Shown in pieces: positions 1 to 21,151 of a stretch of DNA of 64,000 nt. The position numbers and the translations under genes were made by a program. The notes beneath the pieces are model-generated. The model searched no databases and was not told where the DNA came from. It was given only the letters and a program-made list of their open reading frames with translations. This DNA comes from the human T2T-CHM13v2.0 reference genome, Homo sapiens. The stretch lies in NCBI RefSeq assembly GCF_009914755.1, contig NC_060940.1, one strand, 5' to 3'. Positions within the stretch are counted from its first letter, which is position 1, and each line of letters begins with the position of its first letter.

Positions 1-337
1 CCCTGCGCCGGGCTCGCGGCTGGCAACGCCCGCTGGGCCCCGGGTGGGGTTCCAGGGAGGCCGGGGCGGATCGCGGCGCCCGGACCGCCGAACCCTGCCC
101 AGCCCCAGGCGAGCGCGTGTGCAGCGGGAGCCGCCCTCCCCGGCGGCAGCCCGGCCTGGCTGTTCCCTCCCGCGGGCGCGCGGGTTCCGGAGTCGGCAGC
201 ACCGGGGAAGCCTCTCTCGGGCGCGGCCCTCCGGAGAGGAACAAAGGCGGCGCCCTGGCCGCGCTGCTACCGCCGCGCCCGCAAGGTCAGCGCGCCCGCC
301 CAGAGCCCGAGACGTCGGCCCGTGCCCCGCCACTCAC

Positions 338-420
338 CTGCAGCCCCCGCTGCGCGCTCCGCCGGCCCGGCCCTGACCCACTTTCCGCCCCGGAGCGAGA
401 CGTAAACAATCCCCGCCCCC
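338..420 (-). other. SPSB3: Probable non-coding first exon of the divergent upstream gene (5' boundary approximate)
   Basis: Strong minus-strand donor CAG|GTGAGT (exon ends at 338) inside the CpG island. Gene identity comes from known synteny, not from visible protein sequence. Confidence 0.6.
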
Positions 421-856
421 TGCGCCCATTGGCTCCGGCGGCGAGGGGCGGGCACACCTGTCTCGGAGCTTCGGGAGAGGGGGCGGGAGTCGGGTGACAA
501 AGCTATTGCCGAGAGGTTTCAGGAACTGTCAGTCCTAATCCAACGTTCCTATTGGTCAGTTCCCAAGCGGTTGGAGACAAAGCTCGCGCGCACATTGGAC
601 CCGGGTGGGAGGTGGTACCGCAGGCCGCGTTGACCGGAAAGTAGGTCCGTGTCATCGTCTGCGCCGGAACCTGCGGGACCGGATCGAGAGCTCCTCCGGC
701 AAGCTGATTGGCTGGGACAGCAGGATTAGGCCTGTCAAGAAGAGCCACGGGCGGGCACGCACTGCCCATTGGTTGGAAGGCCCTTCGCTCTAGCTGGGAG
801 GCTGACGGCCCGCGGGCGTAAGCGGACTGCAGCCGCGAGCTCCTGGAGGCGGCGGG

Positions 857-872
857 ATGGAGGCGGCGGCCG
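857..872 (+). CDS. NUBP2: NUBP2 exon 1 (cytosolic Fe-S cluster assembly factor, Cfd1 orthologue; 271 aa in total)
   Basis: ATG GAG GCG GCG GCC G|gtgagt (MEAAA). The 7 exons sum to 816 nt. Confidence 0.93.
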
Positions 873-1443
873 GTGAGTGGCGGGCCAGGGTGCGGAGCCG
901 CTCCAGGGCCTCGCTTGGGGCCCCGCCGCGTCCCTTCCCGGGGCGGCCTCGCTGCGTCGCGCGCCTCCGGTGCGACCATCACCGGCCGGCGTGGCTGGGC
1001 CGGGCCAGAGGCCGCGGCGCGGGCATTTTCTAAACAGGGTCGTTTCCCGCGTGCTCCTGCTTCGATGTGGAAGCTCCGTGATCTCGGAGGGCCTGAGTCG
1101 TGGAGTTGGGGGAGCTTTTAAAGTTAACTTTGTTGAGCACCGCGTTGTAGGCGGGCGCGGTGGCGCCTGTGGGCCCCGCTATCCTGGAGGTCGCGGTTGC
1201 AACTGCACCGCAGCCCGGGCAAGAGCGAGACCCTGTCTCTAAATAAATCACACGCGCGCAGTCATGAAAGTAAGACGGACGCCAGAATCTCACATGCTTT
1301 TAAGTTCTTTGTGGAAGTGGCGCTCTCAGTGTTCAGAAAAGTGTAAGTTGCGCGGGACAGAATTCACACCAGTGGGGACGATCCGTTCGCCAGATCAGCG
1401 CCGTGGGCCCTCCTGAGTAGTGGGAGCCGCATTTATCTTCTAA

Positions 1444-1828
<385 letters not shown>

Positions 1829-1931
1829 CAGTGCTGGAGTCTTATTCCAGAGGAGAAGCCTGGAAAAGCCTGTCCTTATTATCAGGACGGATTTACTACA
1901 AAGTAAGGATATTACTGAGATTGATAGAAGC

Positions 1932-3265
<1,334 letters not shown>

Positions 3266-4376
3266 TTAACACTGCCGCTGGTGCCAGCACTGATGGCAGC
3301 ATGGCAGTCAGGACCCAGGCCTGACAGAGTCCCCGGCAGCTACAGAAGTGCATGCTCCCTCTCTGCACGGGCCACTTCTGGTACCTCTTGGTGTTGAAGT
3401 AATTTAAGTCAGAACCCCTTTTATTGCCCCAGGGGTGACCGGGAGGCCGTGGTCTCGGGGCTTTGTGTTTGCAGGAGTGTGGGGCTGGGGCTGCCTTTTC
3501 CGCGTCCCCTGGAGGAGACCTCAGGCAGCCTCTGTAGGTCTGAGGACCCGCCTGCATGCCAGGTTCTCCGGGAGGCTTTGGACTTGGGAGCCTTTGAACG
3601 TGCCCTTGAGAGGCGGATCAGAAGGGGGCAGGTTTTACGCATCATGTGTTGAGCCCCTCACATGCACCCTCCAAGGACCTGTCGGGGATGGAGCAGCTTG
3701 CTGGAGACAAGGGGCATGGCCTCAGCGGTGGCGCCGGGGTGAGAATGCAGGGGTTTTGCCAAGGTATCTGCACACAGCAGCCCCTGCCGTGTGGCAGGGA
3801 CAGGATGGGACCCTGGAAGGAAGAGGAGCTGGAGCTGTGCTGGAAGCAGCCGGCTCCCCTCACTTACCGCACATTGCAGGGACCGAGAGCCGGGGACGCT
3901 GGTGTGTGACAACGCGTGGTTGTTGCCACCCACCCTGGGCCCTCTGCTGCCTCTGCCGAGCCCAGGTGCACTGGCTGGGGAAAGAGTGGAGTCTGTTTGG
4001 TTCCCGTTAGAAATAGCAGGGGGCTGGCAGTTTCATGATCATGTGACCCACGTGTGTGTTTGCACACGCGCACGAAGGAACGCATGCACCCTTGCACACA
4101 GCGAGAGGAGTTGGGCAGTTTCCACTCTCAGCAGCGCCGCCTCAGGCAGGTGCAGGGAGTGCCGTGGTCTTAGAGGGTCCCCCCGGGTCTGGGGCTGCAG
4201 GGGACCTGCCTGGAGGTCTTTACATCGGGGCAAAGTGGGGCACGGGCTGCCTCTGGGTCTGGCGATTCACCACTGCCCCGCTCAGAACGTGGGTGCAAGA
4301 GGCAGTGGGTGACCCCGCGTGTGTGGGCACAGTGGGCACCAGGAGCCCTGACCTTCTCTGTCGTGTTTCCGCCCAG

Positions 4377-4495
4377 AGCCTGGAAACCTGGCCGGCGTCA
4401 GGCACATCATCCTGGTCCTCTCAGGAAAGGGGGGCGTTGGGAAAAGCACCATCTCCACGGAGCTGGCCCTGGCACTGCGCCATGCAGGCAAGAAG
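4377..4495 (+). CDS. NUBP2: NUBP2 exon 2 (deviant Walker A motif [10 protein letters not shown])
   Basis: cccag|AGCCTGGA...AAGAAG|gtgag; [40 protein letters not shown]. Confidence 0.96.
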
Positions 4496-4596
4496 GTGAG
4501 CGCCCTACCCCTCACTGGGCGGAGCCCCGGGCAGCTGCCCGCATCCCCGTGGAGGCCTGGCGGTGCCCCCGGCCTAGGCTGTGCCGCTCCTTGCAG

Positions 4597-4795
4597 GTGG
4601 GAATCCTGGATGTGGACCTGTGTGGCCCCAGTATCCCCCGCATGCTCGGGGCGCAGGGCAGGGCTGTGCACCAGTGCGACCGCGGCTGGGCACCCGTCTT
4701 CCTGGACCGGGAGCAGAGCATCTCGCTCATGTCTGTGGGCTTCCTGCTGGAGAAGCCGGACGAGGCCGTGGTGTGGAGAGGCCCCAAGAAAAACG
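4597..4795 (+). CDS. NUBP2: NUBP2 exon 3
   Basis: tgcag|GTGGGA...AACG|gtaac; [17 protein letters not shown]...VVWRGPKKN (Mrp/NBP35 signature). Confidence 0.96.
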
Positions 4796-5516
4796 GTAAC
4801 GGCCGGGCGGCGCGTCCGCCGTCCTGGTGAAGGGGGTTAGCGTCCGTGCCGGCCTCTCCTGTGGAAATGTTCCTCTTCAGCAGCCAGGCCTGTTCCTGGG
4901 GACCTGCACATGACACCCACGACCAGGCACAGGGCTCAGGCTGGCGGTGTGTCTCCAGTTGGGTCCGTGCTGCCACACAGCTGTCCCCAACTCCCGGTCA
5001 GAGGGAGTGGGGTCTGCTGAGACCCTGGCCATGGCATGCAGGGACCTGAGGCCCCAGTGTGGCAGGTCATAGGGGCAGAGCTGAGGGGGTTCTGGTGCCT
5101 CTGGAGCAGGTGGCATTAGACGCCCCCAAAGGCAGGGAGAGGCTGGTGGGAGTGAGGCGCAGGCTGTGGGTGCACCAGTGGGGCATCCACCACGGAGAAT
5201 GTGGGTGCTCCCATGTGTGGGTACAGACGCCTGGAGGGTCCTGGTTCCGTGTTCTGATTTGGGGCCTCGGGGAGTCAGCGGGGGCTCTGTGGGCAGGGGC
5301 CAGACACTGCAGAAAGGGACGCTGTAATGGCCCCGGCCCCATCTTTGCACTCCTGCAGCGGGCCAGGGCCTCCCGAGAGCCTGTGATGGAGGCTGGTGGC
5401 AAGTGACACCTGATGGACTGCAGCCCCTCGGCCTGACCTGGCTGGTTCTTAGTGGCGCAGGGCCACGTGTGCAGACCTGCCCTGCCCTGACCGCCCCGTC
5501 TGCCCCGTCTTTGCAG

Positions 5517-5671
5517 CGCTGATAAAGCAGTTTGTGTCCGACGTGGCCTGGGGGGAGCTGGACTACCTGGTGGTGGACACGCCCCCGGGGACCTCCGATG
5601 AGCACATGGCCACCATAGAAGCCCTGCGTCCCTACCAGCCCCTGGGGGCCCTCGTGGTCACCACGCCCCAG
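5517..5671 (+). CDS. NUBP2: NUBP2 exon 4
   Basis: tgcag|CGCTG...CCCCAG|gtagc; [19 protein letters not shown]. Confidence 0.96.
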
Positions 5672-5780
5672 GTAGCGCTGCGGCACCTTCCCGAGTCCCT
5701 GTGGGTGGCTTCCCAGAGGGCTGGGCGGGTGTCCCTGCCGGTGCGCCTGGCTGACCGTGGCCTCGGCTCCTGCCCCGCAG

Positions 5781-5891
5781 GCGGTGTCCGTGGGGGACGT
5801 GAGGCGCGAGCTGACCTTCTGTAGGAAGACGGGCTTGCGGGTGATGGGAATCGTGGAGAATATGAGCGGCTTCACGTGCCCACACTGCACG
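5781..5891 (+). CDS. NUBP2: NUBP2 exon 5 (CPxC Fe-S ligating motif)
   Basis: cgcag|GCGGTG...TGCACG|gtgagt; [15 protein letters not shown]. Confidence 0.96.
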
Positions 5892-5977
5892 GTGAGTCCC
5901 GGGGGTTGCAGAGGGGGCGAGGCAGCACCTGGCCGGTGGGGGCTTTGGGCAGTGCTGGGCTCACCACCGTCTCCTAG

Positions 5978-6047
5978 GAGTGCACCAGCGTCTTCTCCAG
6001 GGGCGGCGGAGAGGAGCTGGCCCAGCTCGCCGGGGTGCCCTTCTTAG
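5978..6047 (+). CDS. NUBP2: NUBP2 exon 6
   Basis: cctag|GAGTGC...TTAG|gtgagt; [23 protein letters not shown]. Confidence 0.95.
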
Positions 6048-6408
6048 GTGAGTGTCCCAAGCTGGTGCTGGGGTCGCGGCCTCCCATTCCATCTCTGCCC
6101 TGGGCGGGTTTGACCTCCATGCCCCCAGTGCCCAAGGGAGAGGAGGGGACGGGAGCGGTTTCCTCCTCTCTTCTCAGGCCACACGCCATGCCGCTGAGAC
6201 CTGCAGGTCATTCACCCGCGCCCTTCTCAGGGCCCTCTCGGGTGGCAGGACCCAGCCTGCTGGGAGGGCCGCGGGTCTGGAGGTGGAAATCGTCTGGCAG
6301 CGCCTCAATCCCCTCTATGGCCACGGGTGGTTCGGGTGCGTCCAGCTGAGCCAATGGTGGGAGTGGAAGGTGCGGACATGGCGCCACCGCCTCCACTGTG
6401 CCCTGCAG

Positions 6409-6554
6409 GCTCCGTGCCCCTGGACCCTGCGCTCATGAGGACCCTGGAGGAGGGCCACGACTTCATCCAGGAGTTCCCCGGGAGCCCCGCCTTCGCTGCA
6501 CTCACCTCCATAGCCCAGAAGATTCTGGACGCGACGCCCGCGTGCCTCCCCTGA
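6409..6554 (+). CDS. NUBP2: NUBP2 exon 7 (to stop)
   Basis: tgcag|GCTCC...; GSVPLDPALMRTLEEG...DATPACLP*. Confidence 0.95.
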
Positions 6555-6996
6555 CTAAGGCCACCTTGCAGCCGCTTTCCAGGGCCACCAAGGGCTCTGC
6601 TCCAGCCTCTCAGAGAAACAGAGGCCTGGGCTCGGTTCCCGGGCCCTGCAGGGGCAGGCCCAGGCAGCGTCAGCCGGAGAGCTTCTCCCCGACCAGCCCA
6701 GCCCCAGGATGTGTCGCACCAGCAGCTCTGCCTGGTTGGCCTGCAGTGCCGTGGTCTGCGTGCTCTGCAGCTGTGAGACGGGGGCGGCCTGGGCTCTCTT
6801 CCCATCCATGTTGCCTACCTGTGCCCCTGGCAGCCGCGTGTCCACACAGTTAGCGGAGCGCAGGACTTCTGCAGTCCTCAGGTGACCCCGGGCCTCCAGC
6901 ACCCTGGGTCGCTGTCATCTGTGTTTAGCTCGGGGAGTGCCCCCTAAGGGGGCGAACTGACCTCAGGCATGTCTTGTAACTGTAGAGGCGCCTGCC

Positions 6997-7002
6997 ATTA
7001 AA
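6997..7002 (+). terminator. NUBP2: NUBP2 polyadenylation signal
   Basis: ATTAAA about 440 nt after the stop, followed by GU-rich sequence. Confidence 0.75.
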
Positions 7003-7925
7003 CGTGTCCGCTGCTGTGGCGACAGATCTGATGTTTCTAGAGTCTTCTGTCCTTCGGGGCCAGACAGCACCTGCTTCTGTAAGTTTCTGGGCTGGACTGG
7101 GCCAGGCCGGCAGGTTCGTTCGTTCCGTTGTCAACAAGCCCCTGGGCCCAGGTGCTGATGTGTTTGCATCTTATTTGGTGGGAATTCGGGGAGATTTTGT
7201 GATAAACCTGACAGCTGGCCCCTTCGCCGTGGAAGAATGGCCTCCCTGGGACACTAAAGGGGCCCCTCCCGGGACAGAGACCAGAAGTCAGGTTGAGAAG
7301 GGAGCTCCAATCCCAGGGGTCCCCTGCACCTCTTCCCAGTGAGACCCGAAAGGAAAGCCCTTCCAGAAAGCAGAACGCGCCATTTTTCCCAAAGGAAGAG
7401 CTCAGCCTTCAGCAGGGGAGGACCCTGGAGGTGGGGGCCCGGAACCAACCCGGGCGGCCTCTGGGTGGGTGAGAGGGCACCAGGAGCACCTGGGCTGACG
7501 ATGCCGGTGCCTGGGGGGGGCAGAGACAAACGCCCACGGCATCTGCAGGGGGTGCGGCTTCCCACGCAAGGCGGACGGCCCGCCCCGCGCTCCCTCCTCA
7601 CCCCACCTCAGCCGCGCCCTGGCTGCCTGGACCACACCCCTCGGGGACACTGCCTGGTCCTCAGGGCGATCCCTCAAAGAGGAGGGGTGAGACGCAGAGC
7701 CCCTGGGGATTCGAGTTGGTGCCATCATTCCTGGAGGATGTTCTGGGGAGCCCGAGGGGCAGCCACGGGGACCAGGAAGACACATGGGTGTGGGGCAGTT
7801 GGCCAGGGCGGTGGCGGGGCAGGATCCAGGCGGGGGCCCTGGGCGTGGCCAAGCCGGGGAGGAGAGAGGTGAGGAGACCAAGGCGTACCCAGGCAACACC
7901 ATCCTCCCCTCCCCTGAGCCAGGTG

Positions 7926-8200
7926 GGTTTTTTTGAGACAGGGTGTTGCTCTGCCGCCCAGGCTGGAGTGCAGTGGTGCAGTCTTGGCTCACGGCAGCCT
8001 CTACCTCCCAGGCTCCAGTAGTCCTCCTGCCTCGGCCTCCCTAGGACCACAGGCATGGGCCACCATGCTATGCTAATTTTTTTTATTTTTTGTAGAGACG
8101 GGGTCTCTCTTGTGTTGCCCAGGACGGTCTCTCAAACTCCTGGGCTCAAGCGATCCGCCCGCCTCGGCCTCCCAAAGCTCTGAGACCACAGCTGCGCGCC
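7926..8200 (-). mobile_element. Old Alu between the convergent NUBP2 and IGFALS 3' ends
   Basis: Alu consensus. Confidence 0.85.
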
Positions 8201-8273
8201 AAGCCCCCAGCCCCCTCCCTGGTTTCACGTTCGCAGTCACCCACTGTGCCTGTTAGATTCGATTGCCTTTGCC

Positions 8274-8279
8274 TTTAAT
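8274..8279 (-). terminator. IGFALS: IGFALS polyadenylation signal
   Basis: ATTAAA on the minus strand about 160 nt after the stop. Confidence 0.75.
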
Positions 8280-8439
8280 TGATGACAGCTGGGGGGGCCG
8301 CCATGCCTTCCACCCCATCAGGCCCTTGCGTCTTCCAGCAAGTGCACTGGGCAGGCCCCTGAGGACACTGAGGACCTGTCCCCAGCACAAGGTGAGCCAG
8401 GTGGGGGCCTGAGTCCGGGGCTTGAGTCCGGGGACCTGG

Positions 8440-10851
<2,412 letters not shown>

Positions 10852-11476
10852 TCACATTGCCTTTCAGGACAAGGGGCCACAGGCCCCACAGACCCAGCCA
10901 GCAGGCTCCCAAGCAGCGATGACCCAAAACCTCTACTGTATGGCCCCCCCATCCTCAGAGAGTGTGGAATTGCTGGGATGGTGGCAGGGGCGAGGTGGGG
11001 CCCCCCCGACTGCCCTTCTGTCACGATGGGTTGGGAGTGGCCTGAGCCAGCTCTGGAGCTCAGCTCAGGCTTGGGGGTGGCCGAAGCTGCAAGGGGTCAC
11101 CCCACAGAGACAATGGGGTGTGAGCCAACGTCTCCTGCCTGGGCCGGGCCCACAACGCGGGCCGTGCGGGGCACTTCCCGCCGCTGTGCTGGGAGCTGAA
11201 GGGTCCGGCCTGCACCTGGCCCTCCTCCCCTGTGCCGCCGCCAGCGCCCTTAGGGTGGAGGACGGGACAGAGACCCCTGGTGCCAGGCACAGCTGTGTCC
11301 CCCTGCCAACCCCAGCAGCCGCATTTCCGACTGTGGGCTCCCCAGAGTCCCCCGCAGACCCCCAGAGCTGAGCCCCCCAGAGCTTCCTTGGGGGCTACCC
11401 CGGCCTCTCCCCAGCGGGCTCAGGGTCACAGACTGGCCACCCCTAGAGTGGGTGGCGGGGCACTCGGGGGCCTCAC

Positions 11477-11492
11477 CTTTCCTCAGGGCCAT
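11477..11492 (-). CDS. IGFALS: IGFALS exon 1 coding part (MALRK)
   Basis: ATG GCC CTG AGG AAA G|gtgagg; phase 1 matches exon 2. Confidence 0.93.
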
Positions 11493-12158
11493 CCTGCATG
11501 CAGGGCAGGCTGCAGGCAGGCAGCGAGGGAGGGTACGTCTGCTGTGCCGGCCACCCCTGCCCTCTGGATTTCCCCACTGCGGGGCAGCCCGCGCCTGTCA
11601 CCTGGCTGGCCCAACCCAGCTGGCCCTGGCTCTGTTAACCCCCTCGTGCCGGGCGGCCGGCATCAGCCCGGAGCCCTGGGGTGCAGACAGTGCAGGGGGT
11701 GAGGGAGCTTCAGTCGGGGCCCGAGGTAGCCGTAATGCGGCCCTGGGGGCTGACGGCCAGTGCCCGGGCCCCCTGCAGGGCTGACTGGGGAGGGCTGGGC
11801 AGCCAGGTTGGGGTGGGGACCCCTTGCAGCAGCCTGGGAGGGGCTGGGGCTTGAGGCCGGTTTGGGGAGCCCAGGGTTTTACCAGGTCCTGTTGCGGGCA
11901 GGGGGCTCCTCGGGCAGCTCCTGGGGTCTTGAGCCCACCCCTGGCCTGAGTAGCCAGCCGTGTGGGGCTAAGGGGCTGCCGCCCCTTCCCCGTGCCCCAC
12001 CCAGCCATCCACCCGCCCTCCCGGGGGTTCCCTACAGCCTGGGTGGGAGCTGCCGTTTGGGCTTCAGGCCCACGGTGCTGTCCAGGGCCCAAGCTCACCC
12101 TGCCTCTCCCGTGACCCCAGGGGCGCTGGTGTCTGGCCACTGCCCCGCCCCCAGCCTC

Positions 12159-12167
12159 TTCTAGGAA
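12159..12167. promoter_or_regulatory. GAS/STAT5 element in IGFALS promoter (growth hormone response)
   Basis: TTCTAGGAA (TTCCTAGAA on minus) about 670 bp upstream of the ATG. IGFALS is an established GH-STAT5b target. Confidence 0.7.
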
Positions 12168-12678
12168 TGCCTGGCAGGGCTGCAGGCGCCTGTTTGCTTT
12201 TGCCCTGCGCCATCCTCGGGGAGTGTGTGGGGGTGGCCTGGCCATGGGAGCCAGGTCTTGTGCCTCAGACAAGCCTCACCTGCCCCTTGCTGTCCCCCAA
12301 GGCTCTGGTGAGGGCCTGGCCGCCCCACAGTCACCGCTTGTGTGCAGAGAGGCCACAGGAATGTGTGCCCAGCCATGTCCAAGGCCACCCCTGGGCTCCG
12401 TCTCCACCTGCCTCCAGAGGCCCCTGGTTCCCCTCCACCTGCTCAAACCACTTCCCAACCAGTCGCTCTCTCCCCCAGGGCCTGAGCAGGTGCAGCCCCT
12501 CCCCTCCAGGTCCCTGCAGGCCCCTCCCCTGGCTGTCAGTGGGGCCTGCCCACCAGTCCCTCGGCAGTGGGAAAGTGTGCAGGGAAGCAGCCGGAAGGGG
12601 TGCAGGCGGGGGCACAGCCAGGGCTCGGGGAGACCACAGTTTTCCAGGGCCCTACCCCATCCTCAGCTCCGGCCTCAC

Positions 12679-12740
12679 CTGGCAGGCCCCGTGCAGAGCT
12701 GTGGGAAGCCGCCGGCCCACTGTCATCGTCTTCCCTTTAT
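12679..12740 (-). other. IGFALS: Probable alternative upstream non-coding IGFALS first exon (5' end approximate)
   Basis: Donor CAG|GTGAGG at 12679; second GAS site TTCTGAGAA at 12780-12788 just upstream. Confidence 0.45.
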
Positions 12741-13639
12741 CGAGAATTGATCATTTTCCAGGTGGCGTCTCGGCTCCTCTTCTGAGAAATTATAGATCCA
12801 CGGGGAGAAAGTCCACACCCAGAAAGACCCACGATCCGTTTACTCAGCAGAAAACGCAGACTCAGCAGGGGCCTGGGGCCTGAGGCCAGCAGACCCGGGC
12901 GGCCTCCTCTCAGGAGAGGTCCCCGTGGGGGCCCCGGCCTCCGTCAGGCCGCGCACCCCACCTGGGAGCCCCACACATTCCAGGTGGGAAGGGAGAATCT
13001 GTCCCTGTTCTCTTCCTTTGGGAGGGGCTGGGTGTCGCGGGCGGGCAGAGCCTCACCAGGGTTGCGGCAGCCGCGTAAGGGGGCTCCAGGCCTCTTTGAT
13101 TCCTGTGGTAACGCAGAGGCCTACACACACATTCAGCCCATTGAGTTCCAGAGGCCCCCATCACTGCCGCCACCCCCAATGGCCCCACTCCCCGTGGCCT
13201 CTCCCAGCTCAAGGCCGGTGGCCTCCCAGGCTCCTCCATGAGCCGCATTCTGCCTGTCTTCAGGCCGCACAGGGCCTGGCTTTCTGTAGGACAGGACCCG
13301 AGGGAGGTGAGGCCATGTCTAGGTCACGTCCTGGAATACATCTGTCCCTGTCCTTCTCACTGTTTCCAGCAATGCCACCGAGCCCTGTGGCTCTGCATCC
13401 TGTGGGTGCATACCTGTCTACACTCAGGCCAGTGGCGAGTGGACGGTGGCCATCACCTGGGAGACCGAACATCTTGTCCAGCACACAGCCACAGGGTCAT
13501 CTGGCCTCAGCCACTGCTGGTTTCGGTCTCTTGCCGATTTTCTAGTTAGCTGGCTGATTTCTGATTTGCAAGATACAAGAAAAAACAAAAGCATTCAGCA
13601 CGCACACTCAGGTGTGTGGCCTTTCTGTCCTCTCGTTAG

Positions 13640-14266
<627 letters not shown>

Positions 14267-14344
14267 CGGCGAGAGTTCTTAATTTTAATTGAGATGATAT
14301 CCCTTAAATGTTGAGGTTGATTCCTCAGATACCAACAACAAAGA

Positions 14345-18111
<3,767 letters not shown>

Positions 18112-19239
18112 TAGAGATGGGGTCTCCCTGTTATTTTCAGGAAATTCTCACATCTGGTAGAGTAGGGCCTCATTGTTTAAGAGCATCTTGGCTCTTCCCA
18201 GTCCTTTGCGTTTCCATATAAACCTTGGAAGCAGCTGTTGAGTCTCTAAAACAAAACCAAATTCTGAGTAGCCCTGCAGTCTGTGACATCTTCCTGTACT
18301 GAGCCTTCCCCCCTGGGGACATGCAGTATTTCCTCCTTTACCTAGGACTTGCGTCTCTTGTGTTTTTGTAGATTTTCTATGTTGTGCTCTTGCATGTATT
18401 TTTTTCGGTTCTTTTTATATATGATTGTTGCTTTTATACTATTATGCATTATCATTTTCTCTCCTCAATTTCATTTGCTGTCTGTCAGGGTTGGAATTGT
18501 TTTCTAGACAGGCTGAGATAACTAAGTATGAAGTAATGTGTTCCCTTTACTCTATGATTCTGTTTCTAAAACAGTTTTATTGATTTATAATTTATAGAGC
18601 ATAAAATTCTCTCACTGTTAAGTGTGCAAGTCGGTGACAGGAAATGCGTGTTGTACAGCCAGCACTGCCCTCCGCCTTTCCCACATGAGCTGTACACTCT
18701 GCATCTGGTTTCTTCCCTGGATGCGGTGTTTTGGAGGCTCATCCATGCCGTGACACGGAGTAATGCTTCGTGCTTTGCAGCTGAACGATGCTCCGCTCTG
18801 TGGCCACATTTGTTCATGGCGCCTCCTTAGTTGCTGGAGGCTTGGACTGTTTCCATTTGGGGTTACTGTGAAAAATGCTACTCTATTTGTGTGCAAGTCT
18901 TTGGACACAGGTTTCATTTTTCTTGGGTACAGTCTTAGGAGTGGAGTTGCTGGTTCATAGTGTTGTATCTCCTTTAAAAAACTGTTTTCCAGTGTGGGCA
19001 TAATTTTTTTTTTTTTTTGAGACAGAGTCTTGCTCTGTCCCCCAGGCTGAAGTGCAGTGGCGTGATCTTGGCTCACCGTAAGCTCTGCCTCCTGGGTTCA
19101 TGCCATTCTCCACCCTCAGCCTCCTGAGTAGCTGGGACTACAGGCACCCACCACCACGCCTGGCTAATTTTTTGTATTTTTAGTAGAGATGGGGTTTCAC
19201 CGTGTTAGCCAGGATGGTCTCGATCTCCTGACCTCGTGA

Positions 19240-19494
<255 letters not shown>

Positions 19495-20857
19495 TGACCA
19501 TGTTGGCCAGGCTGCTCTCCAACTCCTGACCTCAGGTGATCTGCCCACCTTGGCCTCCCAGAGTGCTGGGATTACAGGTGTGAGCCCCCACGCCCAGTCG
19601 AGTGTACTGTTTTACAAAGTATGCAAGTTGCAGTTGTCCCACATTCTCACCAGCATTTGGTATGTTCCTGTAAGCTATTCTAACTCATGTTTTTCTGTTA
19701 ACTAGTGATGTCAAACCTCTTCATGTGTTTATTGGCCATTCTTATGTCAGTCTTTGGTGACATAATCTAAGTCACCCTTTTCGTTTTTATTTTTTTAACA
19801 TGTACAAAGCTGCTGGTTACCCATTTTTAATTGGGTATGTTCTTGAGTTGTAAGACTTTGTATATTACTTATAACTCTTAGTGATGGATCAACAAGCGGG
19901 GAAAAAAAAAAAGACTGGCGAATATTTTTCCCAGCCTGTAGCTTCTCTATTTTTTTAAAAAAAGCTGTCTTTTGGCCCAGTGTGGTGGCTCACATCTATA
20001 ATCCCAGCACTTTGGGAGGCTGAGGCTGGAGGGTTGCTTAAGCCCAAGATTTCAAGACTGGCCTAGGCAACATAGCAAGACCCCATCTCTACAAAAAATA
20101 CAAAAATTAGCCACACATGGTGGTATGCACCTGTGGTCCCAGCTACTCGGGAGGCTTAGGCTGGATCTGGAGGATTGCTTGAGGCTGCAGTGAGCCACGA
20201 TCATGCCACTACACTCCAGCCTGGGTAACGGGGCAAAGCCTCATCTCAAAAAGAAAAAAAAAGTTGTCTTTTTAAAGTACAAAAGTTTTTCACTGTGACA
20301 AGTTCCAACTGATTTTTTCTTTCCTATAACAACTCTTTGCCTAACCCAAGATGACAGAGATGTTCTCCTGCAGCTGCTTCTGAAAGTCTGATGGCTTCAG
20401 CTATTGCATTTAGGTCTGTGATCCGTTTTGAGTTAGTTTATGAGGATATGAGGAAGGGTCTCGAGTCACTTCTTCCACAGATACCTAATTGTCCCAACAC
20501 CATGTGTTAGACTCTCCTTTTCCCAACTGAAATGTCTTGGCATCTTTGTTGAAAAATCAGATGGCCTTGAATACAAGGATTTATTCTAGACTCCGGCCCG
20601 CTGGTCTTCATGCCCTTCCTTGCACCACTGTCACACTTTATTTTTGAGATGGAGTATTGCTCTTGTGGCCCAGACTGGAGCGCAGTGGCACAATCTCAGC
20701 TCACTGCAACCTCCCCCTCCTGGTTCAAGCGATTCTCCTGCCTCAGCCTCCCGATTAGCTGGGATTACAGGCATGCACCACCACACCCGGCTAAATTTTG
20801 TATTTTTAGTAGAGACAGGATTTCAGCATGTTGGCCAGGCTGGTCTCAAACTCCTGA

Positions 20858-21151
<294 letters not shown>

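Larger units (their letters stand above)
1..1300. promoter_or_regulatory. CpG island / bidirectional SPSB3-NUBP2 promoter
   Basis: Very high GC and CpG density, GC boxes, ATTGG (CCAAT) boxes at 428, 551, 594, 707 and 768, and CCGGAA ETS-like cores. Confidence 0.85.

Noticed and set aside
4877-5890. 337-aa minus-strand ORF
   Set aside because: Antisense to NUBP2 exons and introns in high-GC DNA; no domain
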